NCBI GenBank assembly: GCA_003241895.1
Contig: QBLY01000004.1
Coordinates: 102,210-166,209, forward strand
From: Lysobacteraceae bacterium
Lineage (GTDB): Bacteria; Pseudomonadota; Gammaproteobacteria; Xanthomonadales; Xanthomonadaceae
Length of the DNA stretch: 64,000 bases
Reading direction: 5' to 3'
How positions within the stretch are numbered: position 1 is the first letter of the stretch; each line of letters begins with the position of its first letter. A program made the translations under genes and the position numbers. Below, in pieces: positions 7,313-18,286 of the stretch. The notes under the pieces are model-generated. The model saw nothing but the letters and a program-made list of their open reading frames with translations. It was not told the DNA's origin and did no database searches.

Positions 7313-9733
7313 ATGAGCGGCAAGTTCCGGATCGCCATCATCGGCTCGGGGCCCGCGGGCCTGTCGGCCGCTGCCCACGCGGCCGAGCTCGGGCTTTCGC
7401 ACGTGCTGCTCGAGGCCGAGAAGCACGCATCCAATACGCTTTTCAAGTACCAGAAAGGCAAGCACGTGATGGCCGAGCCGGGCGTTCTGCCGCTGCGAAG
7501 CCCGCTGGCGTTCGAGGCCGGCACGCGCGAGAGCATCCTCGAGGGCTGGAACCAGTCGCTGCACCAGCACCAGGTCAACGTGCGCTATGGCGCCAATGTC
7601 ACTGGCGTCTCGGGGCAGCGCGGCGATTTCCAGATCACGCTGGCCGACGGCGGCACCGTGCAGGCCGAGACCGTGGTCCTGGCGATCGGCCTGCAGGGCA
7701 ACATCCGCAAGTTCGGGGTGCCCGGCGAAGACCTGCCCAACGTGCAGTACCAGCTCGACGACCCAGATGAATACAGCGCAGAGACCATCGTGGTGGTCGG
7801 CGGCGGCGACGCCGGCATCGAGAACGCGCTGGCGCTGACCGCCGGAAACCGCGTCTTCTTGATCAACCGCGAGGAGGAGTTCAACCGCTGCAAGGAAGGC
7901 AACCTGGGCCTGCTGAAGGCGGCGATCGCTGACGGCCGGATCGAGCCGCGCTCGAGCACGGCGGCGCAACGCATCGAGACCCAGGCCGAGGGCGAGCTGC
8001 CGCTGTGCTTCGTGGCGCGCACGCCCAAGGGCGAGGAGCGCATACCCTGCCACCGGGTCATCGGGCGATTGGGCGCCAGCCCGCCGCGAGCTTTGGTGGA
8101 AAGCTTCGGCGTGGTGTTCCCCAACAAGGACCGGGACGCCGTGCCCGCGGTGTCCGACCACTACGAATCCAACGTGCCCGGGATCTACATCATCGGCGCA
8201 CTGGGCGGCTACCCGCTGATCAAGCAGGCGCTCAACCAGGGTTACGAGGTGGTCGAGTACATCCTGGGCAACCCGGTGGAACCGGCGGACGAGCCGCTGC
8301 TCAAGGCCAAGTTCGCCGCCTACCGGGGCGCAGCCACGGTCAGCGAGGCGATCGCCCGGATACAGGCCGCGGTGCCGCTGCTGTCGGGCCTGACCACGCT
8401 GCAGCTGCGGGAGTTCCTGCTCGACAGCGAGATCCACCTGCCCCGGGACGGCGAGACGGTGTTCCTGCGCAACGACTACACCAACTCGCTGTACTGCATC
8501 GTCGAAGGCGAAGTGTCGGTGCTGCCCGAGCTGGTGGACGACGACGAACGCCGCATCCGGCTCGGCACGGGCGCTTTCTTTGGCGAGATGGGGCTGATCT
8601 CGGGCCGCCGGCGCAATGCCTCGGTGGTGGCCGGGCCCGGCTGCATGCTGGTGGAGACGCCGCGCCGGTCGATGCTCAAGCTGCTGGGCTCGGTGGCGTC
8701 GGTCAAGCGCATCCTGGACCAGGAATCGGTTCAGCGCGCGGTGCAGGCGTTCCTGGGCGTGCAGGTGTCCGACACCGAGCTGCATTTCCTGGCCCAGGGC
8801 GCCGAGATCCGCAGTTACGCCGCCGGACAGGTGCTGTTCGAACAGGGCCAACAAGCCGACGGGCTGTACCTGATCCGACGCGGCTCGGTGACCATCTCGC
8901 GGCTTCTCGGTGGCCGGGAAATCGTGCTGTCGTACGTGGCGGCCGGTAACTACGTGGGCGAAATGGCGCTTATTTCCAGCGCGCCGCGTTCGGCCACGGT
9001 GCGCGCGGCGGTGGCTACCGAGGCCGTGGTGCTGACGTCGGCGCGGGTGAAGCGGGTGCTGGCGGGCAACGAAAGCCTGCGCGCCGAAGTGGACGCGATG
9101 GCGCTGGGCCGAATGCAGGACAACCTGGGCATGGAGCAGGACGCAGCGCCCGGCGACCTGATCAACTTCCTGATGAAGCAGGGCCTCGGTGAAGCCACCG
9201 ACGTGCTGCTGATAGACGCGTCGCTGTGCGTTCGCTGCGACAACTGCGAGAAGGCGTGCGCCGACACCCACGGCGGCACCTCGCGCCTGGACCGCGAGGC
9301 CGGCCCCACCTTCGCCCAGATCCACGTGCCCACCTCCTGCCGGCACTGCGAACATCCGCACTGCATGAAGGACTGCCCGCCCGACGCCATCCACCGCTCC
9401 CGCGACGGCGAGGTGTTCATCAGCGACAGCTGCATCGGCTGCGGCAACTGCGAGCGCAACTGCCCCTACGGCGTTATCCGGATGGCGCCCGTACAGGGCG
9501 AACGCCGCGGTGGCGGCCTGCTGTCTTGGCTGCTGCTGGGCCTGGGCGACGAACCGGGCACCGAACCCAAGGCCGTGCCTGACGCCAAGACCAAGAAGGT
9601 CGCGGTGAAGTGCGACATGTGCAAGGACCTGCCCGCCGGTCCCGCCTGCGTGCGCAGCTGCCCCACCGGCGCGGCCATCCGCACCACGCCCGAGCGCTTC
9701 CTGGACTTCGCCGCGCAGCGCGAGGCGCGCTAG
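7313..9733 (+). CDS. FAD-dependent pyridine nucleotide-disulfide oxidoreductase / 2x cyclic-nucleotide-binding / 4Fe-4S polyferredoxin fusion, 806 aa
   Basis: GSGPAG and GGGDAG Rossmann motifs; two cNMP cassettes (FFGEMGLISGRRRNASV, YVGEMALISSAPRSATV); four Cys groups CVRCDNCEKAC, CRHCEHPHCMKDCP, CIGCGNCERNCP, CDMC...CVRSCP as in DmsB/NrfC. Confidence 0.9.
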   Translation: MSGKFRIAIIGSGPAGLSAAAHAAELGLSHVLLEAEKHASNTLFKYQKGKHVMAEPGVLPLRSPLAFEAGTRESILEGWNQSLHQHQVNVRYGANVTGVSGQRGDFQITLADGGTVQAETVVLAIGLQGNIRKFGVPGEDLPNVQYQLDDPDEYSAETIVVVGGGDAGIENALALTAGNRVFLINREEEFNRCKEGNLGLLKAAIADGRIEPRSSTAAQRIETQAEGELPLCFVARTPKGEERIPCHRVIGRLGASPPRALVESFGVVFPNKDRDAVPAVSDHYESNVPGIYIIGALGGYPLIKQALNQGYEVVEYILGNPVEPADEPLLKAKFAAYRGAATVSEAIARIQAAVPLLSGLTTLQLREFLLDSEIHLPRDGETVFLRNDYTNSLYCIVEGEVSVLPELVDDDERRIRLGTGAFFGEMGLISGRRRNASVVAGPGCMLVETPRRSMLKLLGSVASVKRILDQESVQRAVQAFLGVQVSDTELHFLAQGAEIRSYAAGQVLFEQGQQADGLYLIRRGSVTISRLLGGREIVLSYVAAGNYVGEMALISSAPRSATVRAAVATEAVVLTSARVKRVLAGNESLRAEVDAMALGRMQDNLGMEQDAAPGDLINFLMKQGLGEATDVLLIDASLCVRCDNCEKACADTHGGTSRLDREAGPTFAQIHVPTSCRHCEHPHCMKDCPPDAIHRSRDGEVFISDSCIGCGNCERNCPYGVIRMAPVQGERRGGGLLSWLLLGLGDEPGTEPKAVPDAKTKKVAVKCDMCKDLPAGPACVRSCPTGAAIRTTPERFLDFAAQREAR

Positions 9734-12700
9734 ACCGGGTTGTCGCCCGCCTCACGGGCCGGCCGGCGGCGCGCGGCCTTGGGCTTGGGCTTGGGCTTGG
9801 GCTTGGGGGATTGGTCGCCAGGTGCGGGCGCGGGGAGCGCTGTCGCCAGGGGCTCGGGCACGTCGCGCACGTGGATGTCCAACTGCGGGTAAGCGAAGGC
9901 GATGCCGCTCTCATCGAAAAGCTCGATCAGGCGCGTGTTGATCTCGTCGCGCACCGCCAACCGGTCACCAAAGGTGCCCACGAAGATGCGCAGCTCGAAC
10001 TCGAGCGTACTGGCGCCGAAGTTCAGCAGCCAGCTGGTGGGCGGCCGATCAGACAGCACCCGCGGGTTTTCCGCGGCGGCCTGCTGCAGCAGGCGATGCA
10101 CCAGCTTGGGGTCGGTGCCGTAGTCCACGCCGACCGCGATGGTGATGCGGGTGGCTTCGTCGCTCAGCGTCCAGTTCACCAGCTGGCCGGTGATGAAGGT
10201 CTTGTTGGGTACCACGATTTCCTTGTTGTCGAAGTCCAGCAAAGTGGTCGCGCGCGTGCGGATGCGCGTCACGGTGCCGTCGAGATTGTTCACCGTGATC
10301 ACGTCGCCCACCCGGAACGGCCGCTCGAACAGCAGGATCAGGCCAGAGACGAAGTTGGCGAAGATCTCCTGCAGGCCGAAACCCAGGCCCACCGTCAGCG
10401 CCGCCGCCATCCACTGCAGCTGGCCCCAGCGCAGGCCCAACAGGCCCACGCCGACCACCACGCCCACCAGCACGATGACGTAACGCGACACGCTGGTGAT
10501 GGCATAGCGCGAGGCCGCGTCGATGTTCACTTTCGACAGCAGCCCGATCTCGATCAGGCCCGGCAGGTTGCGTGCAGCCACCACGGTGAACGCCAGAACC
10601 AGCATCCCCAACATCACCGCCATCAGCGTCACCGGTACCTGGACGTCAATGCCGTCCAATCCGGTCTCGGTGCTCGACCACAGCGCGAACTCGTCAAACC
10701 GCGCGAAGGCGGGCAGCACGCCGGACCAGACCCAAGCCAGCCCCACTACCAGCAGGGTCAAGGTGATGGCGCGAAGCAGGCTGCGGGTATGCGCATTGAC
10801 CTTTTCCAGCGTGAGCGCGTCTTCCGATTCCGCTGCGATCGCCTCGCCACCGTCGACGCTCTCGCCGCCGCCCTCGGCCAAGGCCTGGGCCTCGGCCTCG
10901 CGTCGCTGCTCGAGCCGACGCAGGGCCAGCCGCCGCTCGCCGAGCACGAACCAGCGCAACAGCATGCCGCGCACCACGGCTACCGCCGTCACCATGCCGA
11001 CGCTGGCGAACATCGCGTTGAACACCATGCCGGCCGAGTAGACATAGCCGTCCATCGCCAGCACCGCGCAGGCGATCAGTGCAAACGGCAGCAGTACGCG
11101 CAGCGTCCGGCGCCGCCGGGACGGCTCGACGCTGGCGCCGCGCCGGTGCGTGAGCTGGTCCGGAGCCAGCACGCGCCACAGCATCCACGCGCTGAGCAGC
11201 GAGGCCGCGACCATCGCCACACGGGCCTGCACTGCGATGGCAAGCTCCTGGTTGCGCAGGAAGGCCAGCGAGGCGATCAGGAACAGCGGCAGCAACCCCG
11301 CCATCAGGCGCGGCGTCCAACGGGCCAGCGCCTCGCGCCGCGGCCGGCTCCAGCGGAAGTGCGCGTGCGCCAAGCCGCGCTCGCGCACCAGCCAGCGCAG
11401 GAACGCCAGGGTGAATGCGGGCATCGCGACGCTGGCGAGGGCCCGGCCCAGCGAATCGCTGTACTTGCCGGGCGTGCCCAGGTCCTGCAGCAGCGTGCCC
11501 GCCACCAGCAGGGCCAAAGCCCATGGCAGCGCCGCCACGATGGTCCAGCCCAGGGCCAGCAGGGTCGGGCGCAGGCGTACTTCCCGCTTCGCCGGCGCCA
11601 GCGCATCCAGTCGGCTGCGCGCACGGTGCTGCAGCACCAGCAGCGCCAGCACCAGCACCACGCCGGCCACGGGACCCCACGGCGACTGCTGGAACGAGCG
11701 CTGCGCCAGCTCGAAGGTGGTCGCCAGGCGCGACGGCTTCACCAGGTCGTGCAGTCCCGCGGGAACCCTGGCCAACCACGCGCTGCCCACGGGGGGATGG
11801 CTGCGGATCCACAGCAGGTGTCGATCCAGCGTCTGGCGCAGCTGGAGGTTGGCTTGAATACGGGCCTTGAGGCTGCGCTCGCTCTGTTCGAGCGCGCTGA
11901 CGTGGCGCCACATCAGCGGTTCCAGCCGGTCAGTGAGGTCCAGGCGCTCGCGCAGAAGGTCTTCGAGCAGGTTGGGCTGCGCTTCTTCGCGGGCCTGCCC
12001 GTCCTCGTCCACACCCGGCGCACCGTCGTGCAGACGCTCGGCGGCGCGGGCGGGATCGCCCAGTTCGCGCTGGGTTTCGTTCAGGCCGATCATGCGCAGG
12101 CGCAGTTCGCCCAAGGTCTGTTCGACCTCGGCCAGCTCCTTGTCCAGCACGGCTTCGGGCTCAAGGCGCCGCAGTTCCGCCCACAGCCAGTTGCCGACCT
12201 CTTCGCTGCGGCCACCCAGCTCCACGCGCGCGAGGCTGTCGCGCAACCCGGCCAGGTCGCGTGCCAGGGCTTCGTCCTGCCGGCCCACGTAACGCCGGCG
12301 GTCGGCGAGACTTTCGTTGGTCTGGACCATTTCGTTGGCCAGCGCTACGTTCCCGACGGCTGCGCTGGCCACCAGCGGTGCCTGCGCGGCGTACGCCTTG
12401 GCGCGCTCGGTGACCGCTCCGGCGAGCTGTTCAAGCTCTTCGCGACCGAGGGCGGCGATGCGCTCCTGCAGCAGCGCCAGCCGGGGCGTGCGCAGGCCCA
12501 GGTCGTGCCGCAGGGTGCGCAGCTCCAGCTCCAACAGCCGCTGGCGGGTGCCGGCCAGGTCCTGTTGGTCCTGGCGCAGCGCCAGATCCGCCATGACCTG
12601 GCGACGCTCGGCGGCGTTGCGCTGGCGACGCGCCTGGGTGAGCTTCTCCGGCTCGCCGTCGGTGGCGGCCACGGTAGCGGCGAGTTCGTCCGCGCGACGC

Positions 12701-13185
12701 TGCAGGTCGGCGATCGCTCCTTCAGGCCCGATGGTCTGCCCCAGCGACCGCGACAGGTCGGACGTTACGGCTTCGATGCGCTCGCGCAGCTGGCCGATGG
12801 CGGTCCGCTCCTGCTCGAGCGAGGCCTCAAGCGTTTCGATATTGGTGGTGCGCGGCAGCTTCGCGCGCCAGTCGGCCAGGGACTTGCGCGGATCCGCAGC
12901 CAGCCGGGCTTCCAGCGCCGCGGTACGCGCCGGGGCGCTGGCGGCTTCGGTGCGCAGCGCTTCGCGCCGCTTTTCCAAGATGCGCGACTCCTCCTCGGCG
13001 GTGGCCGCGGCTTGGGTCAACTCCGCCAGCACTTTCTCCTGCGCATTCGCATCGCCGCTTCCGCTCGAGCCGCCCAGCCCCAACGGCAGCGAGGCCAGTG
13101 CGATGGACGGCGGCAGGCACGCGACCAGGGCGCAAAGCGCCGCGGTCCGGCAGAAGGTCACGAAGTAACGGGAGGGGATGCGCAT
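9730..13185 (-). CDS. MscK-like large mechanosensitive channel (MscS family), 1151 aa
   Basis: Signal peptide, long coiled-coil periplasmic region, many TM helices, MscS signature [29 protein letters not shown]. Confidence 0.9.
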   Translation of the reverse strand: MRIPSRYFVTFCRTAALCALVACLPPSIALASLPLGLGGSSGSGDANAQEKVLAELTQAAATAEEESRILEKRREALRTEAASAPARTAALEARLAADPRKSLADWRAKLPRTTNIETLEASLEQERTAIGQLRERIEAVTSDLSRSLGQTIGPEGAIADLQRRADELAATVAATDGEPEKLTQARRQRNAAERRQVMADLALRQDQQDLAGTRQRLLELELRTLRHDLGLRTPRLALLQERIAALGREELEQLAGAVTERAKAYAAQAPLVASAAVGNVALANEMVQTNESLADRRRYVGRQDEALARDLAGLRDSLARVELGGRSEEVGNWLWAELRRLEPEAVLDKELAEVEQTLGELRLRMIGLNETQRELGDPARAAERLHDGAPGVDEDGQAREEAQPNLLEDLLRERLDLTDRLEPLMWRHVSALEQSERSLKARIQANLQLRQTLDRHLLWIRSHPPVGSAWLARVPAGLHDLVKPSRLATTFELAQRSFQQSPWGPVAGVVLVLALLVLQHRARSRLDALAPAKREVRLRPTLLALGWTIVAALPWALALLVAGTLLQDLGTPGKYSDSLGRALASVAMPAFTLAFLRWLVRERGLAHAHFRWSRPRREALARWTPRLMAGLLPLFLIASLAFLRNQELAIAVQARVAMVAASLLSAWMLWRVLAPDQLTHRRGASVEPSRRRRTLRVLLPFALIACAVLAMDGYVYSAGMVFNAMFASVGMVTAVAVVRGMLLRWFVLGERRLALRRLEQRREAEAQALAEGGGESVDGGEAIAAESEDALTLEKVNAHTRSLLRAITLTLLVVGLAWVWSGVLPAFARFDEFALWSSTETGLDGIDVQVPVTLMAVMLGMLVLAFTVVAARNLPGLIEIGLLSKVNIDAASRYAITSVSRYVIVLVGVVVGVGLLGLRWGQLQWMAAALTVGLGFGLQEIFANFVSGLILLFERPFRVGDVITVNNLDGTVTRIRTRATTLLDFDNKEIVVPNKTFITGQLVNWTLSDEATRITIAVGVDYGTDPKLVHRLLQQAAAENPRVLSDRPPTSWLLNFGASTLEFELRIFVGTFGDRLAVRDEINTRLIELFDESGIAFAYPQLDIHVRDVPEPLATALPAPAPGDQSPKPKPKPKPKAARRRPAREAGDNPV

Positions 13186-13256
13186 GGCGCAAGGCTAGCC
13201 CTGACGGGCGCAGGCGGCAATTCGCCGCCTTCACGCCGCTCTGGGACAATGCCGGC

Positions 13257-14069
13257 ATGCCCGAACTGCCCGAAGTCGAAACCACCCGCCGCGGCTTGGC
13301 GCCCCACGTCGAAGGCCGCACGGTGACCGGGGTGGTGCTGCGGCGGCCCGACCTGCGCTGGCCGATTCCGCCCGAGGTGGGGGCGTTGCTGCCCGGCCAG
13401 CGCGTGCTGGGCGTGCGCCGGCGGGCGAAGTACCTGCTGCTGGACACCGCGCCGGGCAGCGCGCTGCTGCACCTGGGCATGTCCGGCATGCTGCGCGTAT
13501 TGCCGGCCGCCACCCCGGTGCAAACCCACGACCACGTGGACATCGCGCTCGATTCGGCCTGCGTGCTGCGCTTCACCGACCCGCGCCGCTTTGGCTGCCT
13601 GCTCTGGCAGCCCGCCGGGGAAACCCACGACCTGCTCCAGCACCTGGGCCCGGAGCCGCTGTCGGAGGACTTCGACGCGGAATATCTCTACCAGCGAAGC
13701 CGCGGCCGCAAGGCCCCCATCAAGGCCTTCCTGATGGACCAGGCCGTGGTGGTGGGCGTGGGCAACATCTACGCCGCCGAAAGCCTGTTCCGCGCCGGCA
13801 TCGCCCCGCGGCGCGCCGCCGGGTCGGTCAGCCGCGAGCGCTACGTCCGGCTGGTGGCGGCGGTGAAGACCATCCTGGCCCACGCCATCACCCGCGGCGG
13901 CACCACCCTGCGCGACTTCCTGAACCCCGACGGCGCGCCGGGCTATTTCGAACAGGAGCTGTTCGTCTACGGCCGCGAAGGCGAGCCCTGCAGGACCTGT
14001 GGCCGCACCCTCCGCGACGGCCGCATGGGCAACCGGGCCACCGCCTGGTGCGCCGGCTGCCAGCGGTGA
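13257..14069 (+). CDS. mutM: Formamidopyrimidine-DNA glycosylase
   Basis: [10 protein letters not shown]-terminus, HLGMSG, GVGNIYA, C-terminal Zn finger CRTC...CAGCQ. Confidence 0.97.
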   Translation: MPELPEVETTRRGLAPHVEGRTVTGVVLRRPDLRWPIPPEVGALLPGQRVLGVRRRAKYLLLDTAPGSALLHLGMSGMLRVLPAATPVQTHDHVDIALDSACVLRFTDPRRFGCLLWQPAGETHDLLQHLGPEPLSEDFDAEYLYQRSRGRKAPIKAFLMDQAVVVGVGNIYAAESLFRAGIAPRRAAGSVSRERYVRLVAAVKTILAHAITRGGTTLRDFLNPDGAPGYFEQELFVYGREGEPCRTCGRTLRDGRMGNRATAWCAGCQR

Positions 14070-14187
14070 CGTGATCCCGGCGCGTCCGGCGCCGGCCAAC
14101 GCCGCGGCGCCCAGGACCCCGATCACGCCTACTGGCCGCAATGCAGCTATATTGGTGCCATCCCGCGCAGACGGGACCCGGGGACCC

Positions 14188-14746
14188 ATGAACGAAACGG
14201 CGGACATCACCCAGTGGCTCAGTGCCGCGCGCGGGGGCGACAAATCGGCGCTGGACCGCGTGCTGGCGACCCTGTATCGCGAGCTGCATGGCGCGGCGCC
14301 AGCTGGGCGGCCAGCAGAACGGCCACACGCTCGACACCACCGCCCTGGTCCACGAGGCCTACCTCAAGCTGGCCGGCCGCGCCGAAGCCGAGTTCGAGGA
14401 CCGCGCGCACTTCTTCGCCTATGCCGCCAGCGCCATGCGCTCGGTGGTGGTGGACTACGCGCGCCAGCGCATGGCCGTGAAGCGCGGCGGCGACCTGCAC
14501 CGGGTCACCGACCTGCCCGAGGATGCCGGCGGCGGCATGCGCCTGGACGAGGACATGCTGGGCCTGGACGTGGCCCTGAACAAGCTGCACGACCTGGACC
14601 AGCGCCTGGCCCAGGTGGTGGAAATGCGCTATTTCGCCGGCCTGTCCGAGACCGAGATCGCCGGCCTGCTCAAGCGCTCCGAGCGCAGCGTCCGGCGCGA
14701 CTGGCAGAAGGCCCGCATGTTCCTGCTGGCCGCGCTGCAGGGCTGA
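14188..14746 (+). pseudogene. ECF RNA polymerase sigma factor (Ser/Thr-kinase-associated type), frameshifted near 14287/14288
   Basis: Frame 1 from ATG 14188 gives MNETADITQWLSAARGGDKSALDRVLATLYREL; frame 2 continues MARRQL...HTLDTTALVHEAYLKL...YFAGLSETEIA...RSVRRDWQKARMFL. The homology switches frame at GAGCTGC|ATGGCG. May be a real lesion or an assembly error. Confidence 0.85.
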
Positions 14747-14761
14747 CGCCGGGGCCTCCCC

Positions 14762-17575
14762 GTGGACCCTGAACGCTGGAACCGGCTGTCCACCCTGCTC
14801 GACGAGCTGCTTGAGCTTGATCCGCCGGTGCGCGCCCGTCGCCTGGCCGAGATAGTGGGCGTGGACGCCGGGCTGGGCGACGAGCTGCAGCGGATGATGT
14901 CGCTCGAGGACGAGCGGCCCGACTTCCTGTCCCAGTCGGTGGTGGACGCGGCGGTGTTCGCGCCGCAGCCGGGCCAGTCCATCGGGCCCTACAAGCTCGA
15001 GACCCCGATCGGTGAAGGCGGCATGGGCCAGGTCTGGCTCGCCATCCGTGACGACGGCCTGTACCACCGGCGCGTGGCCTTGAAGCTGCTGCGCCCGGGC
15101 CTGGGCGATGCCGGCCTGCGCACGCGCTTCACCCGCGAACGGCAGATCCTGGCCCGCCTGGGCCACGCCCATATCGCCCGCCTGCTCGATGCCGGCGTCA
15201 GCAGCGACGGCCAGCCCTACCTGGCGCTGGACTACGTGCAGGGCGAACCCATCACCGACTACGCGCGCAAGCTGTCGCTGCACCCGCACGATCGCCTGCG
15301 CCTGTTCCTGCAGGTGTGCGCGGCGGTAAGCCACGCACACGCCAACCTGGTGGTGCACCGCGACCTCAAGCCGTCCAACATCATGGTGACGCCGGCCGGC
15401 GAGGTCTGCCTGCTGGACTTCGGCATCGCCAAGCTGCTGGACGAATCCGCCGACGGCAACGACGTCATCACCGGTACCGGCACGCGCGCGTTCACCCTGC
15501 ACTACGCCGCGCCCGAGCAGCTGCGCAACGGCGTCATCACCACCATGACCGACGTCTATTCGCTGGGCGTGGTGCTCTATGAACTGCTGGTGGGACGCAA
15601 GCCCTACGACCCAGCCCGAGCCAGCGACGCGGCCTGGGAAGAGGCGATCCTCACGGGCGACGCGGTGCGTCCGTCGGTGGCGGCGCAGCGCCTGGCCCGC
15701 GAGAACGGCACGCCGCATCCGCGCCGGCTGGCGTCGGAGCTGGCCGGCGACCTCGACAACATCCTGCTCAAGGCCTTGGCCAAGGCGCCCGAAGACCGCT
15801 ACGTTTCGGTGGAGGCGATGGCGCAGGACCTGCGCCGGCACCTGGGCGGCAAGCCGGTACTGGCCCGGGCACAAAGCCTTGGCTACCGCACCCAGAAGTT
15901 CGTAAGCCGCAATTCGGTGGGCTTGATCGTGGCCATTTCCGTGGTGGGCCTGATGGTGACGGCGCTGGGCTTCATGTACTGGCAGGCCAGCAAGGCCATC
16001 GTCGAGGCGCAGCGCGCGCAGGCGATGCAGGACTTCGTGGTGGCGCTGTTCGAGAACACCGACCAGGCCGGCAGCGGCGAAGGCCTGGACGTGCGCCTGC
16101 TGCTGGACGCCGGCGTGCGACGCGCCGACACCGAGCTGATCAGCCAGCCGCAGGCGCGCGCCGAGCTGCTGGGCCTGGTGGTGCGGCTGCGCCAGGGCCT
16201 GGGCGACGACCGCCAGGCGCTGGACCTGCTGGACCGCCAGTCGCAGGTGCTGGCCGCGCTGGCGGGTGAAGCGCCGGCGCGCATCGGCATCGAGTCAGCC
16301 GCACTGCGCGGCCGCAGCCTGCGCGCGCTCGGCCAGCCCGAGGTTTGCGTGCGGGCGCTGGCGCCCTGGATGCCGGTCAGCGAACAGCAGGCGTCCGAAC
16401 AGCCGCGCACGGTGTCGGAATTCCTGTCGCAGTTGGGCCGCTGCCATCGCCAGCTGGGCGGCCTGGACGTGGCGCGCGACCTGTTCGGCAAGGCCCTCGC
16501 GATGCGCAGCGGCCTGGCCGACAGCAAGGCGCTGCAGGCCGAAAGCCAGACCGACCTGGCCGGCGTGCTGGCCGATGAAGGCCGCCACGCCCAGGCCATC
16601 ACCGCCATTCGCGACGCGCTGACGCTGCTGCGCGAAAGCGGCGGCGACCGCAATGCCCTGGGCGTGGAAATCTGGCGCGACCTGGGCAACCTGCACCGCA
16701 TGGTCGGCGACCCGCTGGAAAGCGAAGCCTCGTATCGCCAGGCGCTGGAAATCGCCCTCAACCGCTTTGGCCCCAGCCATCCCGCCAGCACCAGCGTGCA
16801 GCGGCCGCTGGGCGCGATCCTGATCGAAGCGGGCAAGCTGACCGAAGCCGAGCGGCTGCTGCGCCAGGCGCACGAGCGGTTGCTGGTGCGCTTTGGCCCC
16901 GAGCATGCCGAAGTCGCGGCGTCCTGGCAGACGCTCGGCCAGCTGGCTCTCGAACAGGGCCAGCTGGCCCAGGCTCAGGACGCACTGCAGCGCAGCCTGC
17001 AGCTGCGCCGGCGCAGCAACGACCTGGGCGCACGCGGCTCGGTGCTTTGCGACCTGGCGCGTACGCGCCTGGCCCTGGGCCAGGCCGAAAGCGCCGAGCT
17101 GCTGGGGCATGAATGCCTGCAGCAGGCGATGGCCTTCGACCCGGTGCTGGCGGCCCGATCCGAACGCCTGCTCGCCGAGGTCGCACGCGTCCAAGGCAAC
17201 CCGCAGGCCGCCGCGGCGCTGCTGGCATCGGCCAGACAGCGCCTGCTGGCCGCGGGCATCGATCCGGCGTCACGGGCGCTGGCCGTCATCCAGCTGGCGA
17301 ATGCGCGCCTGCTGATCGACGGCGGCGACCTTGGCCAGGCACGCGCCGCGCTGGACACCCTGCAGGCACAGCCGCAGCGGCGCGGCATCGAATGGGACGA
17401 CGTGGCCTGGCGCACCGATGCGCTGGGGGCTCGCCTGCTGTGCCGGCAGGGCAAGGCCGATGATGGCCGCGTCCTGGCCACCGCGGCGGTGGCCGCCGCC
17501 ACCGCACGCCAACCCGAGCGCCAACGCACGCTCGATGAAATCGCCGAGATCTCCAGCCCCTGCGGCCGCGGCTAG
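14762..17575 (+). CDS. Hanks-type Ser/Thr protein kinase with one TM helix and C-terminal TPR region, 937 aa
   Basis: [32 protein letters not shown] motifs; TM segment [22 protein letters not shown]; TPR-like repeats; GTG start 15 nt after the sigma stop. Confidence 0.93.
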   Translation: MDPERWNRLSTLLDELLELDPPVRARRLAEIVGVDAGLGDELQRMMSLEDERPDFLSQSVVDAAVFAPQPGQSIGPYKLETPIGEGGMGQVWLAIRDDGLYHRRVALKLLRPGLGDAGLRTRFTRERQILARLGHAHIARLLDAGVSSDGQPYLALDYVQGEPITDYARKLSLHPHDRLRLFLQVCAAVSHAHANLVVHRDLKPSNIMVTPAGEVCLLDFGIAKLLDESADGNDVITGTGTRAFTLHYAAPEQLRNGVITTMTDVYSLGVVLYELLVGRKPYDPARASDAAWEEAILTGDAVRPSVAAQRLARENGTPHPRRLASELAGDLDNILLKALAKAPEDRYVSVEAMAQDLRRHLGGKPVLARAQSLGYRTQKFVSRNSVGLIVAISVVGLMVTALGFMYWQASKAIVEAQRAQAMQDFVVALFENTDQAGSGEGLDVRLLLDAGVRRADTELISQPQARAELLGLVVRLRQGLGDDRQALDLLDRQSQVLAALAGEAPARIGIESAALRGRSLRALGQPEVCVRALAPWMPVSEQQASEQPRTVSEFLSQLGRCHRQLGGLDVARDLFGKALAMRSGLADSKALQAESQTDLAGVLADEGRHAQAITAIRDALTLLRESGGDRNALGVEIWRDLGNLHRMVGDPLESEASYRQALEIALNRFGPSHPASTSVQRPLGAILIEAGKLTEAERLLRQAHERLLVRFGPEHAEVAASWQTLGQLALEQGQLAQAQDALQRSLQLRRRSNDLGARGSVLCDLARTRLALGQAESAELLGHECLQQAMAFDPVLAARSERLLAEVARVQGNPQAAAALLASARQRLLAAGIDPASRALAVIQLANARLLIDGGDLGQARAALDTLQAQPQRRGIEWDDVAWRTDALGARLLCRQGKADDGRVLATAAVAAATARQPERQRTLDEIAEISSPCGRG

Positions 17576-18207
17576 TCGCCGCTCTTGCCCAGCGGCAGCT
17601 GCGGCTGCTGCAGGTCGATCACACCCTCGCCGGCCATGACCTTCTTGAACTCGCCGCGGCTCACCGACACGTAGCGCTCGTTGCCGCCGATCTCCACCTG
17701 CGGGCCATCGGACAGCGCGTGGCCGTGTTCGTCCACGCGCAGCACCATGGTGGCCTTGCGCCCGGTGTGGCAGATGGTCTTTATCTCCACCAGGTTGTCG
17801 GCCCAGGCCAGCAGGTACTGGCTGCCTTCGAACAGCTCGCCGCGGAAATCAGTGCGCAGGCCATAGGCCAGCACCGGCACGCCCAGGCGGTCGACGATCT
17901 CGCTGAGCTGCCAGACCTGCGCCTTGCCCAGGAACTGCGCCTCGTCCACCAGCACGCAGTGCAGCGGGCCTTTGACGGCGATGTCGGCGGCCGCCAGGGC
18001 CTGCAGGTCGTCGTCGCGGCCGAAGAGGGTGCCGCGGGCCTTGAGGCCGATGCGCGACGCCACCACGCCCTCGCCGAAGCGGTCGTCGAGCTGCGGGGTG
18101 AGTATGAGCGTGCGCATGCCGCGCTCGTGGTAGTTGTGCGCGCTCTGCAGCAGGGTGGTGGTCTTCCCGGCGTTCATCGCCGAGTAGTAGAAATAGAGCT
18201 TGGCCAA
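17572..18207 (-). CDS. tdk: Thymidine kinase
   Basis: (M)[39 protein letters not shown]; TTG start at 18207 chosen, alternative ATG at 18237. Confidence 0.95.
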   Translation of the reverse strand: MAKLYFYYSAMNAGKTTTLLQSAHNYHERGMRTLILTPQLDDRFGEGVVASRIGLKARGTLFGRDDDLQALAAADIAVKGPLHCVLVDEAQFLGKAQVWQLSEIVDRLGVPVLAYGLRTDFRGELFEGSQYLLAWADNLVEIKTICHTGRKATMVLRVDEHGHALSDGPQVEIGGNERYVSVSRGEFKKVMAGEGVIDLQQPQLPLGKSGD

Positions 18208-18286
18208 GGCGGTTTCCGGCGAACGGGGTGCCGCCATTATCGCCGGGCCGGGGCCTCCGTGGGGGCCGCGACCCGGCGCGGGGCGG

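Noticed and set aside
9730-9810. Overlapping stop codons in CTAG and the (CTTGGG)n PKPKPK tail of the MscK-like gene
   Set aside because: Compact convergent ends and low-complexity tails are common; no sign of a special function.
13999-14772. 257-aa ORF overlapping mutM and the sigma gene
   Set aside because: Only the 33 codons from ATG 14188 are sigma-like; the rest is out-of-frame read-through caused by the frameshift.
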